DNA from: Eledone cirrhosa | Taxonomy: Eukaryota | Assembly (NCBI GenBank): GCA_964016885.1 | Contig: OZ024756.1 | Coordinates: 42,036,001 to 42,100,000, forward strand | Direction: 5' to 3' | DNA: 64,000 nucleotides | Shown: positions 29,000 to 43,420 of the stretch, piece by piece | Layout: each line of letters starts with the position of its first letter | How positions within the stretch are numbered: the stretch's first letter is position 1 | The notes under the pieces: generated by a model | Told to the model about the DNA's origin: nothing | What the model saw: only the letters and a program-made list of their open reading frames with translations | The model's database searches: none | Translations under genes and position numbers: made by a program

Positions 29000-29143
29000 C
29001 ACCAAAGGCTCCATAGAATATTATCATTGTGTCTATATTGGGAGAAAGTGTAGAGAGCAGGAAGGAAAATGCAGCGATGAAACTTCCAACCACAGCTACA
29101 GGACGGCAACCAAAGCGATTTGTAAAGGCACTAACAATAGGGC
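29000..29143 (-). CDS. SLC16/monocarboxylate transporter-like, coding exon 2
   Basis: Acceptor TTCTGTTCACAG|G and donor GTG|GTTAGT, 144 nt, phase 1/1. Translates GPIVSAFTNRFGCRPVAVVGS (MFS motif A)...IFYGAFG. Confidence 0.93.
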
Positions 29144-29710
29144 CTGTGAACAGAAAAACAGAAATAAGGATTTCTACTATAGGCACAAGGCCAGCAACAT
29201 TACAGAGTGTACTGGGTGCATTTTATTACGATACCAGAACTACCACTTTACAGAGTGTACTGGGTGTATTTTATCATGGTACCACCTCTACCATTTCACC
29301 GTGTACTAAGTGTAATTTATTATGATACCACTACTACCACTTCACAGAGTGTATTGGGTCCATTTTATCATGGTATTTACAGAGTGTACTGGGTGTAATA
29401 TAACATGGCACCAGCATTAATAAAATAATTACTTATAATGTAAATAACACTGAAAGCTGGATTATCAGGTGTTTTCCCAATTACAATAAATATTTATTGA
29501 GCCCATGTGAATTAAACTAATTAAGATTTAATTAGCAAATCAATTAATTTTGATACAAATAACAGAAGTTCTTGTACTGAATTAATGAGGTTGGACTATT
29601 TTTAACAAACATGAAATTTTGATAAATGCTTTGTTACCAAGGTGACTTAAGATACCATTGAAGTAGTTGATACCTTCTGTTACCTAGGTGACCTAATCAA
29701 TAATATAAAT

Positions 29711-30388
29711 ATTTTAAGCTCAACTCAACAGCTCACTGTATCAATGTAGTAATTTTTTTTAACTCAATTCAACTGTACAATGTATCAATGTAGTAATTAT
29801 TTTAAGCTCAACTCAACTGCTCAATGTATCAATGTAGTAATTATTTTAAGCTCAACTTAATTGCTCAATGTATCAATGTAGTAATTATTTTAAGCTCAAC
29901 TTAATTGCTCAATGTATCAATGTAGTAATTATTTTAAGCTCAACTTAATTGCTCAATGTATCAATGTAGTAATTATTTTAAGCTCAACTTAATTGCTCAA
30001 TGTATCAATGTAGTAATTATTTTAAGCTCAACTTAATTGCTCAATGTATCAATGTAGTAATTATTTTAAGCTCAACTTAATTGCTCAATGTATCAATGTA
30101 GTAATTATTTTAAGCTCAACTTAACTGCTCAATGTATCAATGTAGTAATTATTTTAAGCTCAACTTAACTGCTCAATGTATCAATGTAGTAATTATTTTA
30201 AGCTCAACTTAACTGCTCAATGTATCAATGTAGTAATTATTTTAAGCTCAACTTAACTGCTCAATGTATCAATGTAGTAATTATTTTAAGCTCAACTTAA
30301 CTGCTCAATGTATCAATGTAGTAATTATTTTAAGCTCAACTCAACTGCGCAATGTCTCAATACAGTGATTATTTCAAGCTCAACTTAC
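29711..30388. repeat. 44-bp minisatellite x~15, abutting and including the exon 1 donor
   Basis: ATTTTAAGCTCAACTTAA(T/C)TGCTCAATGTATCAATGTAGTAATT. Confidence 0.93.
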
Positions 30389-30659
30389 CTGCACAAAGGT
30401 AGGTACCAGCTAGTACAGATCCTATTAAAGCAGTTTTGCTTCTTGATTCATTGAAATAGTTGACAAATTCATCAAGAAACACTCCGAAGGAGTACGCAAC
30501 TCCATCAACAATGACATTGCTGAGGAGAGATGCACAAACAATGACCCATCCCCAGCCACCATCAGGTGGAGTTGGTATAAATGCATCAACATAATCATCG
30601 TGTTGGACTTCAAGTTTGGGTTTTGATGAACTCTGGTTCTTCTTAGATTTCCTCTCCAT
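30389..30659 (-). CDS. SLC16/monocarboxylate transporter-like, first coding exon (exon probably starts at acceptor 30849)
   Basis: CAAACATGG start and PTPPDGGWGWVIVCAS (MCT signature)...SFGVF...IGSV. Donor GCAG|GTAAGT, 271 nt (phase 1). Upstream acceptor TTATTTCAG at 30850. Confidence 0.93.
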
Positions 30660-30947
30660 GTTTGATCAAACCTTCATTCACAATCTCGTCATAGGAAACA
30701 ACAATGTAGAAACCACTAAACCAGTCAACAACAAAAAAAGTTTCAGTGTAAAATAAACTTTTTTGTTGTTGTTGTTTTCTGGGTCCTTTTTTGTTTTTCT
30801 TTTATCTACGAAGGAAGTGTCCTATCGAAGTGGCCACGCAGGCTTTTATCTGAAATAAATAATATAGACAATAAGTTGTAATAGAAAGATAATAATAATA
30901 ATGATGATAATAATTATAATGATGATGATGACGATGATGATGATGAT

Positions 30948-31170
30948 GGTTTCTGATTAAGGCATAAGTCAGTCCAGCAATTTTGGGGGAGAGGGAAAGT
31001 CGATTAAATCGACCCCAGTGCATTACTGGTACTTTATTTTATCGACCTTGTAAGGATGAAAGGCAAAGTTAACCTCGGTGGGATTTGAACTCAGAACATA
31101 AAGGGCCGTAACTCTATGCCACAAAGCATGTTGTCCGACACTCTACCAATTACTGCCAATCCACCGCCCA
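30948..31170 (-). mobile_element. Cephalopod-type tRNA-derived SINE
   Basis: Full-length reverse complement of the 42427 SINE. Confidence 0.85.
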
Positions 31171-32437
31171 ATAATAATAACATATAAATAAAGATAAAAT
31201 ATTCAGCTATTAAATATTTCTGAGAAATATTTACTGGTTGATATTTTAAACAGTTTCCTGGTAATGGTTTCAAAACATTTTCTCATAAATATTTATATTG
31301 TAATTAACAAATAGTTAATGGTTTCTGATTGACCCCAGTGCATTACTGGTACTTTACTTTATTGACAAAGTAATTAATAACATTGTAATTAATTGTCATT
31401 GTTGATGGAGACAGTTATAGTGCTAGATATAATGAGGAAGATCATCATCATCATCATCATTGCTCGGCTGTTATCGCTACTAGCAACAATTGCAGGGGTC
31501 CTCATACACCGATTCAGTACTGAAGCAGGGCTATTGACCTCCCATAGCTCATTTACATAAGGTCCCACATTCTACCGAGTGCACTTTATCATGGCACCAG
31601 CACTAGAGAGGTTGACGTGTCTTCGACACAACTGAAGGGTCCTCCCAACCCTTTGTTTGGCAAGATTTCTACAGCTAGATGTTTTTCCTATCACCTACCA
31701 CTTTACACCATGTACTCAGTGCAGTTATCGTGTAGATGACCAGCACAAGGGAGAGTGTCACATCCTTTGCATAACTGAAGTGTCCTCTTAACACTTTGTT
31801 TAGCAAGCTTTCTATGGCTGGATGCCCTTCCTTTCACAAAACACTTTACAGTATAACAAGGTGTTTCTTAGGCTTATTTTAAACCTATCTTCTTTCCAGT
31901 TCTGAACACAGCCATTTTCTTCCAGAGAAGGAGAGAGAAAGAGAGTGATAAAGAGAGAGGAAGAATTAACCCCAGGAGGATGAAAAGCAAAGTTGACGTT
32001 GGCAGGATTTGAACTCAGAATGTAGAGAGCTGAAAGAAATACCACAAAGAATTCTGACGTTGAGATAACAATGGCTTAATTAGCAAATTACCTCTCTTTG
32101 TGTTGCCAATATCAGGAGCTTGGAATCAGCGCTGTAATTGTTCGTACCTCAAGTGAATAAGCACTGCATATTGCATTTTCCAACACTGAAAGAACAAAAA
32201 ACCAGAATCAATGGTAGAGGTCACCGCAGAGTGGTTCAATCTTGTGGGTCAATTTCAAAAGAGGTTTTGAGATTTATAAACAGCAACGTGATGAATTCGA
32301 CAAGAGATCCTGGCAACACAGAAGACAGCTAGGCGGTCTGTCTATGATCTAATGCATACCATCATCATCATCATTTTACGTCCGCTTTTCCGTGCTTGCA
32401 AGGGTGGGACCATATACATATATATATACACATTCAT

Positions 32438-32507
<70 letters not shown>

Positions 32508-32595
32508 GTTTGTGTGTGTATATATATACACACACGTGTGTTTGCGTATATACATATACTCTCCCAAATATCTCTCAATATATCTATATATACAC

Positions 32596-32740
32596 CGAGG
32601 TTAACATATGTTGATGCCCTAAGGACAGACACTGGTCTGTTGGAGATGCAGGACATGGCAGCTATAATAAGGGACAGAGACCGCTGGAGAGAACTCGTCC
32701 ATGGATCTCAGGAATTTTACCCGCCCTAGATAGATAGATA
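32596..32740 (+). mobile_element. RTE-clade LINE 3' end fragment
   Basis: Translates [13 protein letters not shown]...AAIIRDRDRWRELVH, then stop and a (TAGA)n tail. Confidence 0.75.
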
Positions 32741-33223
32741 TATATACACACATATATACATACATTCACACACAGACATGTATATATGTTTGTGTGTCTT
32801 CTTGATTTTATTTTGAATTAAGATTGTATTGCTTTTTCCCCAACTTACACAAAGTTTAATGGCAAAGTTTTTCTTCTTGATTTGTTTTGAATTAGGATTG
32901 TATTTCTTTTTTCCCTCATCTTACATTAAATATTTTTTCCTCTTGATGGTATAGTCACTTATATACCTGAATTATTGTTGCCATTTTGCTTACATTAATT
33001 TTATTTTCATTTATATATATATATCATCATCTTCGTTTAACGTCCGTTTTCCACGCTAGCATGGGTTATATATATATACATGTGTTTGCGTATATACATA
33101 TTCTCCCAAAGTATAACAATATATATATATATATACACACACACATATATACATACATTCACACACACACACATATATATATACACACATGTGTTTGTGT
33201 ATATACATATACTCCCAAAGTAT

Positions 33224-33264
<41 letters not shown>

Positions 33265-33344
33265 TACATACATTCACATACACACACATATATATATATA
33301 TACACACGTGTTTGTGTATATACATATACTCCCAAAGTATAACA

Positions 33345-33377
<33 letters not shown>

Positions 33378-33427
33378 TACATACATTCACACACACACAC
33401 ATACATACATTCACACATATATATATA

Positions 33428-33509
<82 letters not shown>

Positions 33510-33532
33510 TGTGTCATCATCATCACCGTGTG

Positions 33533-33567
<35 letters not shown>

Positions 33568-33806
33568 TCTAGTGACAGCAGAACATCCTAAACTGTAACA
33601 AAAGCCAAGGGAACATTATAGAAATGTTCTCTACACTACAACAATATATGTCAAGACTAAAGACCACAATACATTCAATGTCTACCTAACTTTCACAAAC
33701 AAACTAAACACATTCTTTTATGTGTCTGCTTTTATTTGATTGGATTTTTTTTTTGTGTCATATTATGGCAAGACCAGACAAAAAGAAGAAAAAAAAACTA
33801 CCAATG

Positions 33807-33895
<89 letters not shown>

Positions 33896-33903
33896 CCCAC
33901 CAG

Positions 33904-34000
<97 letters not shown>

Positions 34001-34008
34001 CCCACCAG

Positions 34009-34044
<36 letters not shown>

Positions 34045-34179
34045 ATATATATATATATAAAGGGTTGGGTTTGTGCATAAAGTCTTAAAAGTGTCAATAT
34101 AATAATAAAAATAACAACTATAATAATAAGAAGAAGACGAAGAACAACAACAACAACAGGAAAGTTAATAGCAATAATT

Positions 34180-34360
34180 GTTTCTACTATTGGCACAAGG
34201 CCAGAAATTACCCAGTACATTACTGGTACTTTATTATATCGACCCCGTAAGGATGAAAGGCAAAGTTAACCTCGGCGGGATTTGAACTCAGAATAGCAAG
34301 GGCCGTAACTCTATGCATCAAAGCATGGCGTCCGACCCTCTACCGATACTGCCAATCCAT
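34180..34360 (-). mobile_element. Cephalopod-type tRNA-derived SINE
   Basis: Same family as 42224. Confidence 0.85.
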
Positions 34361-34786
34361 AGCAATAATGATAATAATGATGATGGCAATGGTGATGATT
34401 ATGGTGATGGTGGAGATGATGATGATGATGATAGTAAAGAACATATCAGGGCGTTACATAACCGAGTTAGGGGCAATGAGGGAGAGGTTTTAAGGAAATG
34501 ACATGTTATATAGACAGATTTTATGTATATATACATATATATAGATATATATATATAAAATATTTATCATCATCATCGATGGACATTAAACGATGATGAT
34601 GATATATATTTTATGTATATATATATATATATAGATTTTTATGTATACATTTATGCATAGATATAGCTATATATTTATTCATGTGTGTATATATATAATG
34701 CAGCAATTGCTGAACAATAACATTGTTAGCTACAGGTTCCCAGTGGGTCAATGTAGGGTGACAGTAGTGTCACTGATATGTGTGTG

Positions 34787-35644
<858 letters not shown>

Positions 35645-37097
35645 ATCATCATCATCATCGTTTAACGTCCATCTTCCACGCTTGCATGGGTTTGAACGGG
35701 AGTTTTCCCACCTGAGGCAAGATTGGTTGTCTTGCTCATATAGAACTGTCTGGCGGGTTTTCTACGGCTGGATACCCTTCCTAACACCAACCACGTTTAC
35801 AGTGTGGACTGGGAGGTTTTTACCGTGTTACCTACACGGCCACATTATAGCGTGGACTGTGTGTTTTTTTTGTTTTTTTTTGTTGTGACACCTACACGAC
35901 CCCATTTGTTTCGGACTGGATGTTGTGGTATCAACATAACTTCACATTTAAGGGGGTGGTGTGGATGGGGTGGGGGTAGTAGGACGGGGGTGTATTTCGT
36001 TAGAGGTGCCTACTGACTGTAGGTTTTGCTTTGTACTTAGGCAAGGCGGGTCTTCTGTATAACTGTGTAGCGCCAAAGATCTCGGTCCAGTGACATTGTC
36101 TTGGAGAGGTATAAGTGTGTGAGGTCGGAATTTATCAAGTCGTCCCAGGTTTTTCTGGGTCTGCCTACTCCGTGGCTACCGTCTATTTTTATTGCCCTGC
36201 ACTTTTTTATACAGCTGTCGTCTTTCATGCACATCATGTGATCGTACCAACGTAGTCTTCTCTCGAGTAAACAACATCTGATCCCTCTTATTCCTAATTT
36301 CTCCCTTAGTTCGTTTATGCTTTGCCGTTCACGTATATTACTATTACACATCTAGCGGAGCACGCAACTTCGTTTCTCTCCAGTCTGCGTATATCCTCTG
36401 CACACAATGCCCAGGTCTCACTGCCATGTAACATTGCTGTTCGTATGCAGGCATCATACAGCCTGCCTTTCATTTTTAGAGAGAACCCTTTAGCGGCCAA
36501 TAGTGGTATAAGCTCTCTGAACTTTTTCCATCCCGTTCTGACTCTAGCTACTGTACTTTCAGAGCACCCTCAACCACTGATGATTTTGTCACCCAGGTAA
36601 CGAAAGCTGTCCACTATTTCTATAGAACCATCTGTGCAATGGAATGAGTTAGTATTCTGTGGGCACTTGCTGCTACTTATTGCACCAGAGCACCGGCCAC
36701 ATATAAAATCTATATTCTTAGTTAGCTTACCTGTGATCCCACTACATCTTTTATGTACCCATACTTTGCATTTGGGACATAAAATGGAGTTTCTGCCTAC
36801 TCCTTTCCTACACACTGAGCATGGCCATTTCCCAGATGGGACCGGTGCCTTATTTTCCTTCCTACAAACTAGAACTTTAGTCTTAGCAAGTTAACTTTAA
36901 GGCCTTTTGATTCTAGGCCATACTTCTATGTTTGGAATTTCTTCTCTAGTTCAGCCATTGATTCAGCTATGAGTGTTAGATCATCTGCATATAGGAGTTC
37001 CCATGGGCAGCCGGTCTTGAACTCCTCTGTTATAGCCTGAAGGGCAATAATAAATAGTAGGGGGCTAAGGACGGAGCCCTGATGAACACCAACTTGT
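35645..37097 (-). mobile_element. 5'-truncated, frameshifted RTE-clade LINE with a Cys-rich (PHD-like) insert and (GAT)n tail
   Basis: Minus-strand translation gives VGVHQGSVLSPLLF, WELLYADDL, WPCSVCRKGVGRNSILCPKCKVWVHKRCS..CGRC, FRYLGD, MLHGSETW, RRLRWY, GRPRKTW and DRDLWR. The 3' UTR ends GGACGTTAAACGATGATGAT. Confidence 0.92.
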
Positions 37098-37288
37098 AGA
37101 AATCAAGCCAACTGTAGAAATCAAGCCAGAATCAGTTCCCGTCCCACCCTTGCAATCAGGGAAAAGCGGACGTAAAATGATGATGATGATAGTAATAATA
37201 ATAAATGTGAAGACTAAAATCCAAAGAGGGCTTGATAAGGATAAATATATATCAACTCTATAAGACCCCTAGAGCAAATATTTATTAC

Positions 37289-37333
37289 TGCTGCTTTCAC
37301 CCTTAACGGATCCCGTTAAGGGTGAAAGCAGCA
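37289..37333. repeat. 21-bp perfect hairpin (possible hammerhead stem II fold-back)
   Basis: TGCTGCTTTCACCCTTAACGG-ATC-CCGTTAAGGGTGAAAGCAGCA. Confidence 0.7.
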
Positions 37334-37544
37334 ATTCTTTGCTCAAACTTTAATCTGTTATTGTAATAAATAAATATATATATATGTATATATATATATG
37401 TGTGTGTGTATATATATGTATATATGTGTGAGTATGTCTGTGTGTGTATATGTGTGTGTATATATGTAAATATGTGTGTATGTGTGTGTACATGTGTGTG
37501 TGTATATGTGTGTGTACATATGTGTGTACATATGTGTATGTATA

Positions 37545-37700
37545 CAGGACTACCACTCCCGTGGGGGCCCTAACAGTCACAGTAGTACTGCCACTCCCGT
37601 GGGGGCCCTAACAGCCACAGTAGTACTGCCACTCCCGTGGGGGCCCTAACAGCCACAGTAGTACTGCCACTCCCGTGGGGGTCTGTACAGCCACAGTAGA
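37545..37700. repeat. 38-bp minisatellite x~4
   Basis: AGTAGTACTGCCACTCCCGTGGGGGCCCTAACAGCCAC. Confidence 0.9.
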
Positions 37701-37785
37701 CACCGCTGTACCACATTCAGCAGCTGACACAACATTTTTCCGGCGCAGATCCATGGTTTTTCGAGACCTGACAGGTGCCAATAGA

Positions 37786-37915
<130 letters not shown>

Positions 37916-38209
37916 TATATACAGAGTAATAAATAAACTATGTCATACAACAACTTCAGCCTGGTGATGTTCATCACCGTCATACCAGTAATTAGTGCAG
38001 GTTGGTCATTGCTTTACTGAGGAGGCTGGGGTGTGGTTTTGAAGGATGTGTTGGGGGTGGGGCTTGATAGTAAGATTGTGGTTTGTGTTTAAGTTTGTGG
38101 ATAGAAGGGGTTTGGTTTAGAGTTGTTTACATTCTAGTCAAGCTATATATGGTCTCAGTCAACGTTTCCATGGGTCTTTCCAATTGCTAGTACTATCTGT
38201 CGGTAGCAA

Positions 38210-38332
38210 CTCCAGGTAGAAGGAGCAACGTGAAATAAAGTGTCTTGGTCAACGACATAAAGTGTCTTGCCTGGTCTGGGAATCGAAATCACAACTTCAC
38301 GATTGTAAATCCAATTCTCTAAACACTCAGCC
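38210..38332 (-). mobile_element. tRNA-derived SINE fragment
   Basis: The reverse complement has GCTGAGTGTTTAGAG..GATTTCGATTCCCAGACC and ACACTTTATTTCACGTTGCTCC, like the copy at 46050. Confidence 0.65.
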
Positions 38333-38358
38333 CCCCCCCTCCCCTATATATATATATA

Positions 38359-38530
38359 TAGAAGTAGTAACACAACAGTTAGTTCACCATATCAAGAACA
38401 ACTGTTTCACCTTAGCTTGAAACAATTGTTCTCGGTATGGTGAACTAACTGTGTAACCACTTCTACCAAACTCGTCCCATGGACTGAGTGCTCTACCAAT
38501 ACGGATATTACCTTCCAGTGTTCTACCTTT
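38359..38530 (+). mobile_element. Fold-back element, family D (hammerhead 3' half)
   Basis: Imperfect arms 38359-38409 / 38418-38465 around GTTTCA-CCTTAGCT-TGAAAC. GAAA-CAATTG-T-T gives palindromic stem III. (TA)n flanks. Confidence 0.7.
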
Positions 38531-38845
38531 ATATATATATATAATACATGTGATTACAACAACCACAACAACAGCAACAACAATATTGCTGGGACTCAGT
38601 GTGGAAGTATTTAACTAATTAAAACATTGAGTACAAGTCTTAATAATATAATAATTAAAATAATGGACTTAAAATAATGTGTGTCTTACCTTACAGTGAG
38701 TGATTGTTAGTAGGTGGGATGTGAGTGGAGTGTGAGTGGGGTGTGAGTGGGGTGTGAGTGGGTAGGAGGGTAATTTTGTTTTTAATATTCTATGCATTTT
38801 CTCATGAAATAACACTCCCATAACCCCCCCCCCACACACACACAC

Positions 38846-38876
<31 letters not shown>

Positions 38877-39229
38877 GACCAACACACACAGACAGACATA
38901 AAACTGTAGAAACAACAATTACTGGAGAAATCAACAGGTAGATAAAATGTATCATTAAGACTGATTTGAAAGGTGAGTAAATAATAATAATGATAAGAGT
39001 AATAAGAATTGGTTAATACTGAAGAAGGTGACAATATGATAAGAGAGGGAGGTGAAGATTATAGTAATCTCTGAATAAGGAGATCTCTGTCATCCAGGGT
39101 TGTCAAAAATATATAATGTACTCAGTTTCTTGAATGATTGGACCCCACCCCCATCTCACGCTTAGTAATTTTTCAGATTTTTACCCACATAACCCCCCAC
39201 CCCGCTTTTATTGATAATGTGTCAAAGAT

Positions 39230-39988
39230 ATGACATAACACCCTCCCTAGAGTTGGTAGGACTCTTCAGTTGTGGCAGACATGACACCCTCTCTAGTGTT
39301 GGTAGGACTCTTCAGTTGTGTCAGACATGACACTCTCCCTAGTGTTGGTAGGACTCTTTAGTTGTGTCAGACATGACATCCTCCCTAGTGTTGGTAGGAC
39401 TCTTCAGTTGTGTCAGACATGACACCCTCTCTAGTGTTGGTAGGACTCTTCAGTTGTGTCAGACATGACACTCTCCCTAGTGTTGGTAGGACTCTTCAGT
39501 TGTGTCAGACATGACATCCTCCCTAGTGTTGGTAGGACTTTAGTTGTGTCAGACATGACACCCTCCCTAGTGTTGGTGGGATCCTTCCATTGTGTCAGAC
39601 ATGACACCCTCTCTAGTGTTGGTAGGACTCTTCAGTTGTGTCAGACATGACACCCTCTCTAGTGTTGGTAGGACTCTTCAGTTGTGTCAGACATGACACC
39701 CTCCCTAGTGTTGGTAGGACTCTTCAGTTGTGTCAGACATGACATCCTCCCTAGTGTTGGTAGGACTTTAGTTGTGTCAGACATGACACCCTCTCTAGTG
39801 TTGGTGGGATCCTTCCATTGTCAGACATGACACCCTCCCTAGTGTTGGTAGGACTCTTCAGTTGTGTCAGACATGACACCCTCCCTAGTGTTGGTGGGAT
39901 CCTTCCATTGTGTCAGACATGACACCCTCCCTAGTGTTGGTAGGACTCTTCAGTTGTGTCAGACATGATACCCTCCCTAGTGTTGGTA
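39230..39988. repeat. 46-bp minisatellite x~16
   Basis: ACATGACACCCTCCCTAGTGTTGGTAGGACTCTTCAGTTGTGTCAG. Confidence 0.95.
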
Positions 39989-41285
39989 CCATTCAGTAGA
40001 GTACTGGAACATATGTGAGACGTAGAAGTTACAACGATGACGGTGATGATAATGGTGATGATGATGATAATGATAACAATGATTATGATGACTGTAATGA
40101 CAGTGATGATGCTAATGATGATGATGACAATGATAATGATGATGACAATGATAATGATGATGATAACGATGATTATGATGATGATGATCACCTCATTAGT
40201 ATTTTTTTTCCAATAAATCTGCCAACAAAAGACTTTTCACTATATTATATATTACCACCGTCAGCATCACACAAAAAAGAAAGAGATTGGAGAGAGAATG
40301 GTAGAATAAGAGAGCATAAGAGATTAACAGAATCAAAGATTAAGAGAATAAGAGATTTAGTGAAGACCGTAGAGATATCTTCATTTCCTGGAATGTCCAT
40401 TTTAGATTTTGATTTCTTCTTGTAAAGATTTATGTTCTAATCACATGACAACGGCACAGAATTTAGTTGAAATAAATATATTACTTATTCCAAAATAATT
40501 TCGTTCTTAACAATAGTTTCTGGAGATTGATAAATATTCCAGCTCGTTATATTCACAGAGAAATAGCTGCCGTCTAATCATCATTACGAAGGCTGAATGG
40601 AATTAATGCATTTATGTATTTAACCTAAATGGAATTACCAGTGTCGGCTGAAAAGTTCTTAGGCTGACTATGAAGGATTGATGCTAGAGCTGTGAAATCT
40701 TGCATGAATTACTTTCAACTCTTCTTCCTTTTTAATAACTGTTAAAGGTTAGCCTTGCAGACCCCATGCTAAAACAAGGGTTAGCCTTGCAGATCCTATG
40801 CTAAAACAAGGGTTAGCCTTGCAGATCCCATTAAAGTCTGAATCGTACCTAATATGTAGTTCTTTTTTAGACAATGTTTTACAGACAGATTTCCTTCCAG
40901 ACTTCAACCCCTTTAGTCACCTCTTATGACACAGGAATATGGTGAACCAATTCTAAACCAGATACACACAGCAAGTAGTGTGTGTAGAAGAAATCTGGGA
41001 GGAGGGTGGGGGGTGGAGAGTGAAAGCTGGAATAAGGTATTGTATTTTTGTCTGTTTTTTGACAAAGATCAATAGCACACCAACACAGGATAACAATAAA
41101 ATCAATCAGTGGTGACATAGATTGATAGCTTGGGTTATAATCAGAAGAGTGATTGTCTCAGAGTTTAGAAACTTTCAGATTCCAACTGGACACTAGACAC
41201 AGATATTGAATAAATGCCACAAATGATGAGAGAAGCTGTGTGGAGAAGACCTGGCTAACCCATGGTGATGGTGGTGGTGGTGGTG

Positions 41286-41316
<31 letters not shown>

Positions 41317-41482
41317 CCAAGAAAGAATCCAGGTAATTTCAAAGTTTTGAGAAGAATTTAATGATTTTTTTGGAACAAAAACTCCACCTGGCATTACAAA
41401 TAAACTCTTTTGTTGCAAACACAAAAGAGTTGAAAATAGTTTGTCACACTAAATAGCAATTACCATGAATTTATCTACAATA

Positions 41483-42040
41483 ATACAAGGATAGATTGGA
41501 AAATTCATAGGCAGATTATGAAAGAATGATGCTAGAGCTATGAAATCTTGCATACATTAATTTCACCAATTTTCTTCTTCTCTGCCTACTTATTTCTGAG
41601 AGGGTCATGGGGGAAGAGTCCTCAAACACTCCTTCCAGTGGGTCCTGTCAAAAGCAGCCATTTCCAACTGATCCAGCTGGATCCCAAGCGAGACCAGCCA
41701 AGCTCATGGATGTTATCCGACTATCTTGCTCGGGGTCTACCCCTGGGTCTCTTGCCAGTTGGTTTTGCCCATAAAATCTCTTCTTATTAAAGATAACTGC
41801 ATTGATTCTTTCTAGGGACTATGTTGAAAAATAAACCTCATTTGGTCATTCCATGAGAGTATCTTGGTCATAGGCTGACTAGGAAGGAGTCATGCTAGAG
41901 CAGTGAAATCTTGCAATCATTAATTTCAACTCTTATTAAAAATAACCTCATTGTTTCTTTACAGGGACAATGTTGAAAAATAAACCTCATTCCATGAGAG
42001 TACCTTGGTCAGTCTATGAACTTTTCAGCTGACCCTCATA
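41483..42040. mobile_element. Mariner-type non-autonomous element interrupted by an RTE fragment (related piece at 40640-40740)
   Basis: The right end GTCTATGAACTTTTCAGCTGACCCTCATA is inverted relative to TACAAGGATAGATTGGAAAATTCATAGGC and to GTCGGCTGAAAAGTTCTTAGGCTGAC (40643). Confidence 0.6.
41572..41782 (-). mobile_element. RTE-clade LINE 3' fragment
   Basis: Minus-strand translation ILWAKPTGKRPRGRPRAR*SDNI..LGI..AAFDRTHWKECL. Confidence 0.75.
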
Positions 42041-42223
42041 ATTACCTGTAACAATAATTTGTTCAGGTGTTTTTATTGCAAATTAGGAAGTAATATAAAT
42101 GTTTTTTTAGAAGTAAAATATCAATATTTATTTGTATTGATTAAGTATAAATATGAAATAAACTAAGCATTCCTGTTTAAATATACAGCTATGTTTATAT
42201 AGGGCATGTTACTACTATTACTA

Positions 42224-42825
42224 GGGCGGTGGACTGGAAGTATCAGTAGAGCATCGGACGCCTTGCTTTGCAGCATAGAGTTACGGCCCTTTACGGTCTG
42301 AGTTCAAATCCCGCCGAGGTTAGCTTTACCTTTCATCCTTACGGGGTTGATAAAATAAAGTACCAGTAATACACTGGGATAATTGCTGGCCTTGTGCCAA
42401 AAGTAGAAACAATTATTATTATTACTAGGGCGGTGGATTGGCAGAATCGGTAGAGTGTCAGACACCATGCTTGCAGCATAGAGTTAGGGCCCTTTACGTT
42501 CTGGGTTCAAATCCCGCCGAGGTTAACTTTGCCTTTCATCCTTACGCAGTCGATAAAATAAAGCACTAGTCATGCACTGGGGTCTATTTAATCGAATTTT
42601 CTCCCCCCTCATATTGCTGGCCTTGTGCCTAAAGTAGAAACCATTATTATTATTGGAAGTGTTGGCAGTGCATTGGACTAAATGTTTTGCAATATTTAGT
42701 CACAAGCTTCTTAAATTCAGAGTTCAAATCACATTGAGGTTAACTTTACGTTTCCTCCTCCCGGGATTGAACTAAAATACCAGTCACATACTGGAGTCAA
42801 TATAGTCGCCTGTCCCCTTCTTCCA
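42224..42825 (+). mobile_element. Tandem cluster of three tRNA-derived SINEs (42224-42420, 42427-42650, degenerate 42655-42825)
   Basis: GGCGGTGGATTGGCAGAATCGGTAG (A-box-like), G(A/G)GTTCAAATCCC (B box), GCCTTTCATCC..GATAAAATAAAGTACCAG and (ATT)n tails. Confidence 0.85.
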
Positions 42826-42967
42826 AACAGTTAAATTAAAAGCCAGTATTAATACATGGCTGTATACTTCCATAAACAATGTTAATGGTAAGATGTGATC
42901 CACAATATTATTGGTTTATTTAGAGGTTGGTTAGCCAATCAGGAAGAGTGTAATATCTTTAGGCCAG

Positions 42968-43420
42968 TATACCAGTCAATGTAGTGTTTTTAACTGTCAT
43001 TGTAGCTGATATACCAGTCAATGTAGTGTTTTTAACTGTTATTGTAGCTGATATACCAGTCAATGTAGTGTTTTTAACTGTCATTGTAGCTGATATACCA
43101 GTCAATGTAGTGTTTTTAACTGTTATTGTAGCTGATATACCAGTCAATGTAGTGTTTTTAACTGTTATTGTAGCTGATATACCAGTCAATGCAGTGTTTT
43201 TAACTGTTATTGTAGCTGATATACCAGTCAATGCAGTGTTTTTAACTGTTATTGTAGCTGATATACCAGTCAATGTAGTGTTTTTAACTGTTATTGTAGC
43301 TGATATACCAGTCAATGTAGTGTTTTTAACTGTTATTGTAGCTGATATATCAGTGACTAATATTTTTAACTGTTATTGTAGCTGATATACCAGTCAATGT
43401 AGTGTTTTTAACTGTTATTG
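42968..43420. repeat. 42-bp minisatellite x~11
   Basis: ATACCAGTCAATGTAGTGTTTTTAACTGTTATTGTAGCTGAT. Confidence 0.95.

Noticed and set aside
38690-38790. Consensus-like donor AAG|GTAAGA on the minus strand (also AAG|GTGAGA at ~54128) as extra 5' UTR exons
   Set aside because: Donor-like motifs are expected by chance in 28 kb, and there is no supporting evidence without transcripts.
40015-40425. Asp/Asn-rich ORF
   Set aside because: Degenerate (GAT)n/(AAT)n microsatellite.
42959-43385. Repetitive ORFs on both strands (14-aa unit)
   Set aside because: By-product of a 42-bp stop-poor minisatellite, with no splice or protein-family evidence.
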